A stretch of 32,000 nucleotides of DNA from Zygophlyctis sp. KS116 (lineage: Eukaryota > Fungi > Chytridiomycota), in assembly GCA_054661495.1 (NCBI GenBank), contig BAAFSQ010000021.1, positions 42,409 to 74,408 on the forward strand. Direction: 5' to 3'. The translations under genes were made by a program, and so were the position numbers. Shown here one piece after another: positions 1-14,206 of this stretch. The notes below the pieces were generated by a model. It did not search any database, was not told where the DNA came from, and was given only the letters and a program-made list of their open reading frames with translations. Each line of letters starts with the position of its first letter. Position 1 is the first letter of the stretch.

Positions 1-23
1 TTTTAAATAATTTAATATTATAG

Positions 24-840
24 ACTTGGAAACCACTTTATGTATTATCTGAACATAAGGATGCAGTGTCATTTTTGGCATGGAGTCCAAATGATTTAAT
101 GTTACTAACTGCTTCAAATGATCATTCACTAAAATTATGGCAAGTTTCTACAGGGAAATGTATGAATACATTTTCAAAACATTTAGAAGCTGTGACTTCT
201 TGTGCTTGGTTACCAGATAATAGTGGATTTGTCTCTGGATCTCTTGAAAAAGCTATATACCTTTGGAATGTCGATGGTACAGTGCTTCATAAATGGTCTG
301 GTATTCGTGTTATGGATCTTGCAATCACAAAAGATGGAAAAACATTGATTGCAACTTCTGAAAAGAAGATTAGGCTATATAATCTAGAAGACAGTAATAA
401 GTCTGAAAAAGGGTATTATTGTTTTTAAAATCTAATTAAAGTTCCTTGACTGAAAACGAATCTATTACTTCTGTATTTTTAAGTTCAGATAATAGATATA
501 TATTAGTCAATCTATCAGTGCAAGTAATTTTTTTAAAAACTAAATATTTTAGGAAATTCATTTATGGGATTTGGAAGAAAAGAGAGTCTTGGCAAAATAT
601 ATTGGACAAAAGCAAGGAAGGTTTGTAATTAGATCTTGTTTTGGAGGAACTCATGAAAACTTTATTCTTAGTGGAAGTGAAGACTCACATGTATATGTCT
701 GGTCTAGAGAACACGGAAATGTTTTAGAAGTGCTTTCTAGCCACACTGGTTGTGTAAATTGTGTTAGTTGGAATCAAACCAGAAACATATTTGCATCCGC
801 CTCTGATGATCACTCAATCCGTATTTGGAGTACTGATTAA
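24..840 (+). CDS. WDR26: WD40 protein, WDR26/GID7-like (CTLH complex); 5'-partial
   Basis: Introns 413-441 and 524-552 (29 nt each) join the ORF fragments. Motifs AVTSCAWLPD, EIHLWDLEE and GQKQGRFVIRSCFGG...FILSGSEDSHVYVW match the WDR26/GID7 C-terminus. Confidence 0.85.
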
Positions 841-843
841 AGA

Positions 844-1467
844 TTATTTTTCTATATTTTTCAAGTGTTGATTTAAAATCTGTCCCAATTTTGACGGTAA
901 AAATCCTAGTGTATGAACCAATTGTTGAGCAGGAGAAGATAATAAACCAACTAGCTGTGATTGAAGCTGTAACAAATTTGGTAATTTTGTAATTGATTCT
1001 AATGCATCTGCTGATAAAACTATCCCATCATATTTTGCACCTGCGACCATTGTTTTTGCTTTAAATTTCAGAGCAATCTTATTAAAATCCTTTAGTAGAT
1101 TAGGAGATTCTCCATCTGATGCATTTGAATACACTAGAATGGACGGCCCAACCAACAAATTTCTAAATGTATTTGCTGATGGTTCAATATCTGAAACAGC
1201 AGCCCCAAAAATAGAATTCCTGACCAAGAGAACAGAGAATCCACTTTTCCGACATTCTCGTTTTAGATCCTGGATGGCATTTGAAGTCATATTATTATTC
1301 TGCAACACAAAAATTGCTCTAGCAGGCACTACATCCTTGTAAACTTCAAATAAAAAAGTTTTCCTTAGCGGGATCTGATTTCCTCGCATTGATTTCTTTG
1401 CATTCTTAAATGCCTCTACTGCCCTGGCCTTTTGAATCATACCATTGAACAATTGCAACTTGTTCAT
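844..1467 (-). CDS. MRPL10: Mitochondrial ribosomal protein uL10m (MRPL10)
   Basis: L10 motifs LLVRNSIF, LLVGPS and ITKLPNLLQLQSQLVGLLSSPA. Likely start is ATG 1467 (MNKLQLF, basic presequence-like). Confidence 0.85.
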   Translation of the reverse strand: MNKLQLFNGMIQKARAVEAFKNAKKSMRGNQIPLRKTFLFEVYKDVVPARAIFVLQNNNMTSNAIQDLKRECRKSGFSVLLVRNSIFGAAVSDIEPSANTFRNLLVGPSILVYSNASDGESPNLLKDFNKIALKFKAKTMVAGAKYDGIVLSADALESITKLPNLLQLQSQLVGLLSSPAQQLVHTLGFLPSKLGQILNQHLKNIEK

Positions 1468-1560
1468 TCTATTAATTTTAACAGAATTCTGTTTAGGGCT
1501 TATTACTGTTAAAGATTGAATCTGTTGATTTATTTCTAGACTTATACTTGCATTTCTGCT

Positions 1561-1609
1561 TACTAGCACTTGATGAATACTAGTACTGAATACTAGCACT
1601 TGATGAATA
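1561..1609. repeat. Intergenic 19-bp direct repeat, 30-nt period
   Basis: TACTAGCACTTGATGAATA at 1561-1579 and 1591-1609. Confidence 0.9.
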
Positions 1610-1624
1610 TAGGTAAAATCATAA

Positions 1625-2169
1625 TCACGATGCAATAACTTGATAAAAATGAGTTATAGATTCTGTATCCACCAGACCGATTTCTAAATCACATTCTATA
1701 CATTTTACTGGATGATATATTGAATCATCACTAGTATCCCTTTGAATCACATCTTTTAGTATTTCACAATTTTCAATGTATGCAGTTTCATACTGATGAT
1801 TTCCAAGTCTAGAGTTAATGGTTATAATGTACCTAGAGAAATAAAAAGATACCGGAGTAAAACATAATGCACAAGATAGCGTTCCTTTTTGATAGTCTTT
1901 GGATATTTTAAATTTTGATAATTTCTTTGAGAGCCATTTCTCATCATCAAAGTCTTGATTTTCATCTGATGTTAGTTGGTAGTCTTACTGTATAAATGAT
2001 CTTGATCAAGGGTTTGATCTGCAGGGACTAGTAGATCAGAGGGATCAATGTCTGAATTGGATTCATCTTCTTTCAGCGGTGGATCTTGTAGTTTTCTATG
2101 ATTTCCAGATGCTAATTTCCCAGAATTAACAAGAGCATCAAGTGAATCTAAACTCTTTGACTTTAGCAT
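1625..2169 (-). CDS. EAPP: E2F-associated phosphoprotein (EAPP)-like
   Basis: Removing introns 1966-1988 (23 nt, CTAAC branch) and 1809-1832 (24 nt) gives LYNENQDFDDEKW...LSCALCFTPV...IYHPVKCIECDLEIGLVDTESITHFYQVIAS*. This matches the EAPP C-terminal double-CxxC domain. Confidence 0.85.
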
Positions 2170-2200
2170 GGGCAGCCTAGACCTGAAAGCTGTGGCACCA

Positions 2201-3107
2201 ATGGCATGGGAAAAGATTCTCTACAAGGAGCAGGAGTATCCTGATAATTATGTGGATTCTTCGTTTTTACAAGAGATGGAAAAGAATGTTAATGTCAGGC
2301 CATTGAGTTATTGGGATGTGGTTTGGGAAACTATTCCTGTGAGCATTCATACGTCTGCAATTCTATTTTTTGTCGGAATATTTATCCATTTGTATAATAA
2401 TCTGTTGAGCGCATCCTTATTGATCTCAATGTCATTTTTAACTTGTATTTCAGGATACTTTATATGGGATTTTTATTTGGATGGCGTGCAAAGATCATAT
2501 GCAAATGGTGAAACTAGAGCAAAAATATTATCCAGTTCTATAATATTAACAATAATAATAATGGGGCTCTCTCCGTTATTGAAGACTTTAACAAGAGATA
2601 TTTCTTCAGATTCATTATGGGCAATGACAATGTTTATGTTGATTGGAAATGCTGCTTTTCATGATTATACTTGTCCAAATAAGACAACTGCACAATTTCC
2701 TGATTCTCTCTCAATTAATGCAGCTATATTCTCTTGTGTCTTGTTAGCGTCAAGGTTGGATTTAGTAATTGATGTTTTTGCATTAATGTTGGTTGGATTA
2801 GAGATTTTTGGACTTTTCCCAGTGTTTCAGAGATATTTAAGGGTATTTTTCTTCATCTTTATTATAGAGGAAATCAGAAAATATGCATGTAATTTTATGC
2901 CTGATTCTAATGATTTCTACATGTATTTTATTCAAGACAATTCATCAAATTATTATAGTATTTTATCTAGGATTTCTAGTACTAGTGACTTTTCTAAGTC
3001 CTGCTCTTCTAATTTGGATTCAACAGTATAAATCAGAAATTAGAGGACCATGGGATGAAGCAAAGATTTTGAAGATGAAATCTAAAAGATTGAATTTAAT
3101 GTTTTAA
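2201..3107 (+). CDS. GPI2: GPI-GlcNAc transferase subunit PIG-C/GPI2
   Basis: WEKILYKEQEYPDNYVD, LSPLLKTLTRDISSDS, SINAAIFSCVLLASRL, YKSEIRGPWDEA. Intron 2843-2867 (25 nt). An in-frame upstream ATG exists at 2168. Confidence 0.93.
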
Positions 3108-3189
3108 AGGATTTCTGATTCTCTTTTAAATCGCGTGTCGCCGTTGCTTTAGAGCGCGTTTTGACTTTGTTTGAATATTAAATTTAGAT

Positions 3190-5024
3190 ATGGTAGATGT
3201 TACGCTGATTGTGACTTCTGTCATTTTCGCTGCTCTTGTGATTATATCGTCAATTTATTTTGTAGTATATTTTCAACATCCAGAAGACAAGAATGTTGCT
3301 TGGTTTCCAAAGATTGTTACGGTACAATAGGCGCGTAATCAAGTAGGTCTCTGCGATATCTATTGCATGTTTCAATGTTTTCTTGATCCCTTTAGATGTA
3401 GGGAATCAGGGTAATTCTACTGCAATGTATGGTCAGGGAGGTCTTCCCATGGCTTATATTACAGTAGTCTTTTATTCGATATCAATGATTTACATGCTGC
3501 TTGTGATTCCATTCACAGTATTCTTTTATGAAGGGGATGATGAGACAGATAGGGGTGCAGATTCTAGGTAATGCTTTTATAACTTATTTTGAAAGTGGAA
3601 GAATAGGAAAACAGATTGCATTTGCTTTAAAATGGACGATTCCGTTATGGATTTTAATCATAATAATCGTTTGCTCATTATACTATTCTGGATATGCTAA
3701 TGCAACAATTCAAACTTCGGTTGCGGCAAATACTCTATACGAAATCGATTATAATGCTCCTGATGAATCTTGGATTGGAAAAGATTTTTTTTGCAACCTG
3801 ACACTCATTGCAAAAGAAGCCACGAATTCGACACTTTATTCGCAATTTGTACTTGATTTTACTGGTGGATATGGATGTGACAAGGCCAATTATGTACTTA
3901 TTTAATTTAATGATTTAAAGCCATGTTGCAAGACGATTGTTAATAATATTTTCTCAATTTCCCCTCTAGTTTTTACAATTGGAATAGTGATGTTTATTGG
4001 ATGGATTCTCTTTGCGATTTTTGGTGGAATCGGATTGGCTTCGTTACCAATTGATCTAATTCAAGAGTTTCAGCATCGTCCGAAACCGATAACACAGGCA
4101 GAGTACGTTTTTCCATTTTCATGGTTTATCTAACACAAAAGGTATCAAGAAAAGAAGAATATCATTGGCGTTGAGGCTCAAATTCTGATGGAGTCTGGCA
4201 AAACTCTGAGTGAAGAATTGCAAGAAGTTTCCAGGCTAGGCGTGACTAATAGAAGATATCGTAATGTTAAAACAAAGGAACAAAATTTTAGAAAGGTATT
4301 GATTGAAAGTTTATTTTAGGATGTAATCATTCTTGAATACCATTATCTGAATCTTGAAGAATCATACAAATATCAGGGCGGGAATATACTTTTACAATAC
4401 GTAAAACTTGCAGGCGGTATAATTGGGTAATTTTTAAAAGTTTAACTCAAAGACTTATTTTATCCATCTCTTGGATTCTCCACATTTTATTATATACAAT
4501 CGAGAAGGCTATCAAAGATTGGACATATTTAGATACCTTTTTAAACAATATGCTAATTTCCGCATCTGCTGTAGCTCCTTTTTTCGCCACATTCTTATAT
4601 ATTGTTTTTGCACTTTATCTATTTTTGTGTGTAATCAAGGGAAATCAGAAGCTTGGTATGAAGGTTTTCTTTGTGGCTATACATCCTTTAAAGTAATTAT
4701 ATTTTATAATCATTTAGAGTCGGTGATACATTGATGTCTGGACTTGTTTTCAATGCTGGTGTCCTATTAACCACATCTTTACCAATCGCACAATTTCTTA
4801 CAATTTCATTCTCAGAATTTGGAGTTTTAACTCAAAATAACTGTAAGATTTTGTATATTTAGATTATAGCTCTTTTTGGTATTCAGTTGCAAACCCTAGC
4901 TGGTTTCAATTATGCATATGCATCATTAATATTTTTACTAATTACATGCACGACTCTGACTGTAATATACTACTCTGTTCGGCCATACCGGAAGCAAAAG
5001 GAGAATATGCTAAACTTTAAATAA
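3190..5024 (+). CDS. LMBR1-domain (LIMR family) membrane protein
   Basis: N-terminus YFQHPEDKNVAWFPK, then IPLDVGN, IPFTVFFYEGD, FGGIGLASLPIDLI. Eight mini-introns, e.g. 3322-3346, 3568-3595, 4103-4141. Confidence 0.85.
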
Positions 5025-5051
5025 TTCCAGTTTTGAATTTAATGATTTGAA

Positions 5052-5057
5052 ACGCGT
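5052..5057. promoter_or_regulatory. MCB-like element ACGCGT upstream of MCM5
   Basis: Perfect ACGCGT about 30 nt before the MCM5 ATG, in a CpG-poor background. Confidence 0.5.
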
Positions 5058-5084
5058 TCGGACGTTTCTTAATTAAAATACTTT

Positions 5085-7592
<2,508 letters not shown>

Positions 7593-7596
<4 letters not shown>

Positions 7597-7932
7597 CAAT
7601 TATCTACTGGAGTAGAACCTCTTTCACACAGCTTTTTTTTAAATTATTAAAGATACCTCTTGAGGGAAAGGCACATTACGCTCCCACTTTGTCCCACCTG
7701 GAGCTGTAGGCCTTATATAAGGCTGTGGATGAGCATACAAGGCCAACAAGTATTCGGTGCGTTTTAAAGCAGAAATAATCTCTTGCTGAGAAGTCAAATT
7801 TCGATTATCTTCAAACAATTGTCTTATCATTAATGACTTTGCTCTTGCTTCATCTAGCTGCCAGTACCAGTCATTAACCAGTTTTAGACTTTTCTTGTAG
7901 AGCTTTTGAACATATTTTGTGTGGACAGACAT
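7593..7932 (-). CDS. NDUFB9: Complex I subunit NDUFB9 (B22, LYR family)
   Basis: LYKKSLKL..DW, HPQPYIRPTAPGGTKWERN. Intron 7632-7656, last exon LCERGSTPVDNC*. Confidence 0.9.
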
Positions 7933-8035
7933 TAGGGTAGGAGGGTAGGTTCTTGTTGGATTTGGAGAAAATTCGTTTCAATTAACACGGAAAACGGAAT
8001 AATATTTGTTTGTTTATTTAAATATTCCGAAAGAG

Positions 8036-10064
8036 ATGAAAGGCTTAAAGGTGACACTATATCTTTTTAAATTTAGATTCCATCGATAAGTAGAAAATCT
8101 TCAATTTCCAATGATAAAGATGAAGCTAAATCCCCTAAACCTCCAGCAGCAGTTCCAGCAGCGCTAGCACAGAAGAAGCCGGCAGTTCCAGGGACTGTAA
8201 TTGTTTATTTTTAATTTTAAGAGCTCTCCGTCAGACTTGAAAATAAGGCCAGATAGAGAAAATAAGGAAATTCCAAAGACTACAGCATTGAATAGAATTA
8301 AAAGTGGTAAAGATGTGGTAATAGGACAACCAAAGTCGCCGAAAAGACAACGCTCTTCAAGATTTCATGTTACAGAACATGTTGAATTAGAAAAACTTCC
8401 AGGGTTTAAAGACGTCATGCCAACAGAAAGACAGGATCTTTTTTTTAAGAAATTGAAACAATGCTGCGTCATATTTGATTTTTCTGATCTAACATCGGAT
8501 CTAAAGGGAAAAGAGATTAAAAGACAGGCATTGACAGAATTGGTTGAATATGTGACTCTTAATAGGGGATGTATAACGGAAAATGTATATCCGGAAATCA
8601 TTCAAATGGTATTTTTTTTATACTTAATACTTCAAGTTTTCTATAAACTTGTTTAGAACTCTTCCACCACAAAGTAATCCTATGGGGGATGCTTTTGATC
8701 CAGAAGAAGATGAACCTGTTTTAGAAGTTTCATGGCCTCATTTACAAACTGTTTATGAATTATTTTTGCGTTTTCTAGAATCTCCAGATTTTAATACCAA
8801 TATTGCAAAGAAACATATAGATCAAAAATTTGTATTGGAGGTAATTTTGGGTTGGAATGTTTAATTAAAGTTGCTAGAATTATTTGATTCTGAAGATCCT
8901 AGAGAAAGAGACTTTTTAAAGACTACATTACACAGAATTTATGGGAAATTTTTAAACTTACGGGCTTTTATTAGAAGATCAATCAATAATGTATTTTTTC
9001 ATTTTGTCTATGAATCGGAAACACATTATGGTATCGCAGAATTATTGGAAATTCTTGGGAGGTAATTCCAGTTTTATTAATTGAAAGTATTATTAATGGT
9101 TTTGCATTACCTTTAAAAGAAGAACATAAGGTATTTCTGGTCAAGGTGTTGATTCCGTTGCATAAGGCGAAATCTTTGGCTTTATACCATCCGCAATTAG
9201 CTTACTGTATTGTTCAGTTTTTGGAAAAAGATCCTTCACTAACAATTGATGTTGTAAAGGGATTATTGAGACTCTGGCCAAAAGTAAATTCACCAAAAGA
9301 AGTCATGTTCTTGAACGAGACTGAGGAAATCTTGGATGTAATGGAGCCTACCGAATTCCCAAAAGTTGTGAACCAACTATTTTCTCAAATTGCCAGATGT
9401 GTAGGAAGCCCACACTTTCAAGTCGCCGAAAGAGCATTGTTCTTGTGGAGCAATGACTACATTGTAAGCCTTATGAGTGATAATGTCAATACCGTTTTAC
9501 CTATTGTATTTCCAGCTCTTTACAAGAATTCAAAATCCCATTGGAACCGGTAATATTTAAAAATTTAATATATAAGAACCATTCATGGACTAATATACAA
9601 TGCTTTAAAGTTATTTATGGACATTAGTCCCAAGTTATTTGATGAATGCACCAATAGATATAAACAATTTAGGCAAATAGAAAAGAAGAAGCAAAAAGAT
9701 CATGATGACATTTGGTTAAAAATCGAGGCCTTAGCTGTCCAAAACAATGGAAAAAATCATGTTTCTTCAAATGCAAATCCCGGTACACGAGGAATCAAAA
9801 TCAGTTCTACTAATGACAATAGTGCCTCTGATCAGGAAGAAAGTGGATCAGATTATGAAGAAGATGATGTTCTTACAAAGGATATTACCCGCTCAAAGTT
9901 TAATGTAATTTAATTTTTTTTAAATATAGCCCAATAATACTGGAGAAAATGCACGGTTCCGCAGGAAATCAACGCTTCCCGTGGACGAAAAAGTTTTATC
10001 TGAATTGGCAAGACATAAATCATTAGAAGATCTACTCAAGAAAAAGGATGGTGAATTAGCCTAG
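8036..10064 (+). CDS. RTS1: PP2A regulatory subunit B' (B56; RTS1/Par1-like)
   Basis: [55 protein letters not shown]-terminal RRKSTLP. Seven mini-introns. Confidence 0.95.
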
Positions 10065-10161
10065 TATTTAAGAGATTATATTCTTTTTTTAAAAGGCGTT
10101 TTGAGACGTCTCCTAGCCCGTAAGTTGGCCCTAGTTTTAGTCCTAAAAAAGAAAAGATTCA

Positions 10162-11056
10162 ATGCTGCAATGGAAGAGATTTGTATCTACAATTCCCAAG
10201 GAAACAGACGCTGCATTAAAGGCTTTTAGCGCACGATCTGGAATTGATCTTCCGTCAAATGCCTTATTGAATGCATTAACTCACAGATCTTACAAATCAC
10301 AAGATGACTCCTCTGAAAGATATAAACTGATGGGAAGATCCGCTCTATCTTATTTTGTCACAGAATCAGTAATGTGCCAATACCCGAAATTGCCAGCAGG
10401 TGCATGTTTTTCAATCGTTCAATCATTGATTGGGGGATCTGCTTGCTCATCTGTTGGTAAGCAGCTGGGTGTGACATTGGTAATGAGATGGAAAAATGTA
10501 GAAGAACAGAAAGCCGAACAGTTTTTGAAGAAGAGATTGGCTAAAAAGGAAGAACGAGTGGCGGCTGATTTGGGAGAGGCTGCAGCAGTCGGATCAGTGG
10601 TTGAATCTCTCATTGGCGCATTGCATCAAGAAGCAGGAGCCAAGAGTGCAAGAAATTTCATTAAAGCACATTTTTTATCTAGAGCAATAGATATGGACGC
10701 TCATGTTGATCTCTATTTGAAATTGCAAGAGCCAAGACTATTATTATGGCGTATATGTAAAACAAAAGGTTTAGCTCCTCCCGTTGCAAGACTCATGAAA
10801 GAAAGTGGAAGGCTATCAGTATCTCCGATATTCATTGTGGGAATGTATTCTGGGGTTACAAAGGTTGGAGAAGGATATGGTAGTTCAAAGAAAATGGCAG
10901 AAAAAAAGGTATTTGAAAATATATTTTATACATAAGGCGATCAAAGATGCTCTTTTAAAACATTACTCTGAACATATAAAAGATATAAAGGTACCTTCTG
11001 AGGATGGATTAGAGGAAGAATCAATATCTTTTTTTGAAGCAGAAGACAAGAAATAA
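10162..11056 (+). CDS. MRPL44: Mitochondrial ribosomal protein mL44 (RNase III-like plus dsRBD)
   Basis: ALTHRSY, RLMKESGRLSVSPIFIVGMYSG..KVGEGYGSSKKMAE. Intron 10909-10936. Confidence 0.88.
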
Positions 11057-11076
11057 TAGAATTTGGGATTAAAATA

Positions 11077-13153
11077 TCAAGTATGAGGAAATAATCCATT
11101 TGAAATTCGAAAATACCTTCCATCATTTAATTTGAGAGCGCTTTCAGGATCATCTAAAGCAGTTAAATTAAGTTCACAAGCAGAAACCAAGTTTTTAAAC
11201 TAAAATGTAAAAAAGTCTAGGCATACCTCTTGGGATTTGATATTCTTGGTTAATTTTGTTGCGCAAGCTAATGACTCTTGAAAGAGAGAGTTGGAAGCAT
11301 CTTTGGTATTATCATTCTATATGTTTAGTTTTATTTACGAAATACCTTGAGTAAATTTTCCCAAAAATCAGAAAACAAATCAAAATCTTGATAAGCAAGG
11401 TTGTTCAAATCTTCAAAGATCTTAAATCTATACCGATATTGATGCGTGTAAGAAAAAATCCTGTTATTTGGGAATCTTATATAATCTTTTTGATATAGAA
11501 ATGCAATGAAATATGCCAGGCCATGAAAGAATAGTTCTGAAGCTTTACATTTCAATATTTCTAAATTAAAATCGATGCCAGTTGAAGATATTGATAAGCT
11601 CTCAATAGATAGCCCATCAACTTGTTTCTTCTTTAAAGACTGTAATTTTGCTAAAAACTCTTGTCTTCTTTTGAAAATGTAAATGAGATTGAAACAAACC
11701 GCACATAATTCTATATCACTATAAATATACAATTGAAATCCAATCATAAGATAGTATATAAGTAGCCGAAGCTTAAAGTCAAACATTACCGAGCCAACCA
11801 TATTAATTTCGGGATTTCCATACTCTGACAGTAATAAGACATTATCTAGAGGAGAACACTAAACATAAGACATGAAATAACTTACCAGTTTTTCTTCTAA
11901 ATCCCATTCTTTTATAACATTATAAAATTTACGATGCCTTCGACAAGGATTGTAAAACATTACTTGTATACATTTTATCCAAACCTCTTGAATCTGAAAA
12001 AATCTATTTTTTGATTCATTTTGAGACAAGACAAGATTCAAAAGACTAGAATTGCCATGAAAAGACCAAATAAAATGTCCAAAAAGGTCAATTTCAGTAA
12101 ATTCCCCTAATATTCTCTTATTTGAGTGAAATATAGAATTCTAAAATTAATTTTTAATCTAAATACAATCAACACAGACCTTCCTAAAGTAGTAGAATTT
12201 GGAAAACAATCCACAAAATCATAAACCAATTCCTAATATACGTAAATATTATAAAAACGTACCCATAGCTCTATACTCTTGAAATTGATCATAACTCTTT
12301 CTAGTATCCATTTCCATTCCTTAAAAACGCTTCTTAATTCATTTACACACTGATCAAATGACATAAATTCCAATGGTTTTGTCTGTACTTGTACATATAA
12401 ATGTCTATTTAACTCTACATCAAAAAAAGATTCTTTTTCATCTTGATTTTCCAAGATTACTTTCAATTTTTCCAAATCCTGTCCTAGTATTTCTAGCAAG
12501 GAAATTGAAGATTTGTATTCATTACACTTTAGTAAACCCATTATTTCATATAATTTCTAAATATTTAAAATCTAAAAATTCTAAAATACATTAAAGAAAC
12601 CGATTATAATTCTTAAGTTTGCAGCGTCTTTTGGCCATTTACTAGTTAAATTCAAAAATTCAGAGTCTATAATTTGCTCTATATCATCCATACTTAACCA
12701 ATCATAGTATTCAAACCCAGTATCTATAGACTCTAAAAAATAATCTTCGTATAAAAGAAAATTTCTGTTTATAGTTTGCAACAATGAACCGCCATTTACA
12801 ATTCTAGCACCTAGTATTAAGAATGCATGTCCCTGTAACGGTTTAACCAATTTACAAGCGAATAAAGTTGTAGATAATGAAGTTGCCTTTATCAAATGTT
12901 GAAAAATCCCAACAAGAATTTCACTGATAAATTTATAAAATTTAGAAATGGATGGGAAATTGTAATTGATGACAAGATTTTGATCATTGTCGGTGCAATT
13001 CATGAAATTGTCCATATTCTCCTTATCTATTTGTATAGCAGAGACTGAATCATAGAGATTAAATTTTGAGCTCGAGACAAATGGATTCATGATTGGATCT
13101 AATTCCTTGGAAATGCAATCTTTCAGCTCCATTGTTATATCTAGTTGTCGCAT
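11077..13153 (-). CDS. MAK10: NatC auxiliary subunit NAA35/MAK10 (divergent)
   Basis: N-terminal LDIT..L...FNLYDSVSAIQIDKENMD, central NPCRRHRK, C-terminal YRYRFKIF...NLTAL...LFP. Six introns of 26-33 nt. Confidence 0.75.
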
Positions 13154-13209
13154 AACTTTTTCAGGAAATTCTGTAGGGCTCCCGTCAGACAATAAACTAG
13201 TCAATACTC

Positions 13210-14055
13210 TTAATTTTTATTGGCCTTGACTCGCATTGACTTGTTGTAAATGATTTTTGCAATATCTAAATAGCCCTTGTTTTTAGCCATATTGTATGCA
13301 TTATTTCTATTAGAAAATGGATCAACTTTAGGATGATCTATAAGATATTGAACAATCTAATTTTAATATATAATAATTACTCCAGTTTTTCCTTGTGTAC
13401 TAGCTACTCTAAACGCATTATTAGAATCTACTCCAGGATTTACTCTAGGATCTTTAATTAGTAATTCAACAATATCAAAATGTAAATTAACCACAGAGTA
13501 TCGAAGAGCATGATCATTATCTGCTGATGGATTTACTCTAGGATCTTTTAATAATTGTTGTACTAATTCAAATCTTCCATGTTCTGCACAAGATTTAATT
13601 GCAATATTCTTTCCTGCGGATGGATCTATTCTAGAATCTTGAAGGAGTCTAGATAAGATGAAAAAGTTTCTAAATTTAGCAGCAATTACAAATGCATAAC
13701 AATCATCCACAGATGGATCAATTCTAGAGTCATTTAGTAACAATTCCAAGAGATTAAGATCTCCGAGCCTGCAAACTTGATTTAGTAAAGAATTCTTATT
13801 AAAGCAAGGATTGACTCTAGAGTCTGATAGTAAATATTCAATCGCTTGAAAGGATTTATGTTTAAGAGCAACTCTGATTGCTAAATCATTTTGTTGAGAT
13901 GGATCAATGAGATTTGAGTCTAGTACTTTCTTTACAAAGTAGAAATTCTTCTTTTTTATAGCATCGATAAATGAAGAAAAATAGTCTGATTTTGAATTCG
14001 GAAGTCTGATCCCTAATATATTGGTTTGATTGAGAGCTGCAAGAGATCTTTTCAT
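13210..14055 (-). CDS. Ankyrin-repeat protein, LL(x)D(P/S)RV(D/N)PS type
   Basis: About seven repeats such as LLQDSRIDPSAGKNIAIK and LLKDPRVNPSADNDHALR. Intron 13357-13380 (24 nt) extends the frame to TAA at 13210. Confidence 0.88.
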
Positions 14056-14093
14056 GTTTTCAGTTTAGGCCAGAATTTCCAGGATTTTGGAAC

Positions 14094-14145
14094 CAAGTGC
14101 TTGTAGGTGCTTGTAGTGATATCAGAGGATTTTAGGGTGCTTGTA
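14094..14145. repeat. Three copies of GTGCTTGTA in the divergent spacer
   Basis: At 14097-14105, 14107-14115 and 14137-14145. Confidence 0.85.
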
Positions 14146-14206
14146 CGTGTGAAAATTTCCCCACAAATTTTGTCAAAATTTTTTTTTGTTTTTATCAATT
14201 TTAAAA

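Noticed and set aside
1561-1609. Repeat-spacer-repeat resembling a CRISPR array
   Set aside because: Only two 19-nt units with an 11-nt spacer, eukaryotic context, and no cas genes.
1468-1635. 56-aa N-terminal extension of the MRPL10 ORF with repeated IHQVLV
   Set aside because: It translates the intergenic 30-nt repeat and overlaps the EAPP stop. ATG 1467 is more plausible.
10162-11056. RNase III/Dicer-like nuclease
   Set aside because: The catalytic signature is degenerate (ERYKLMGR) and the C-terminal motif is typical of mL44.
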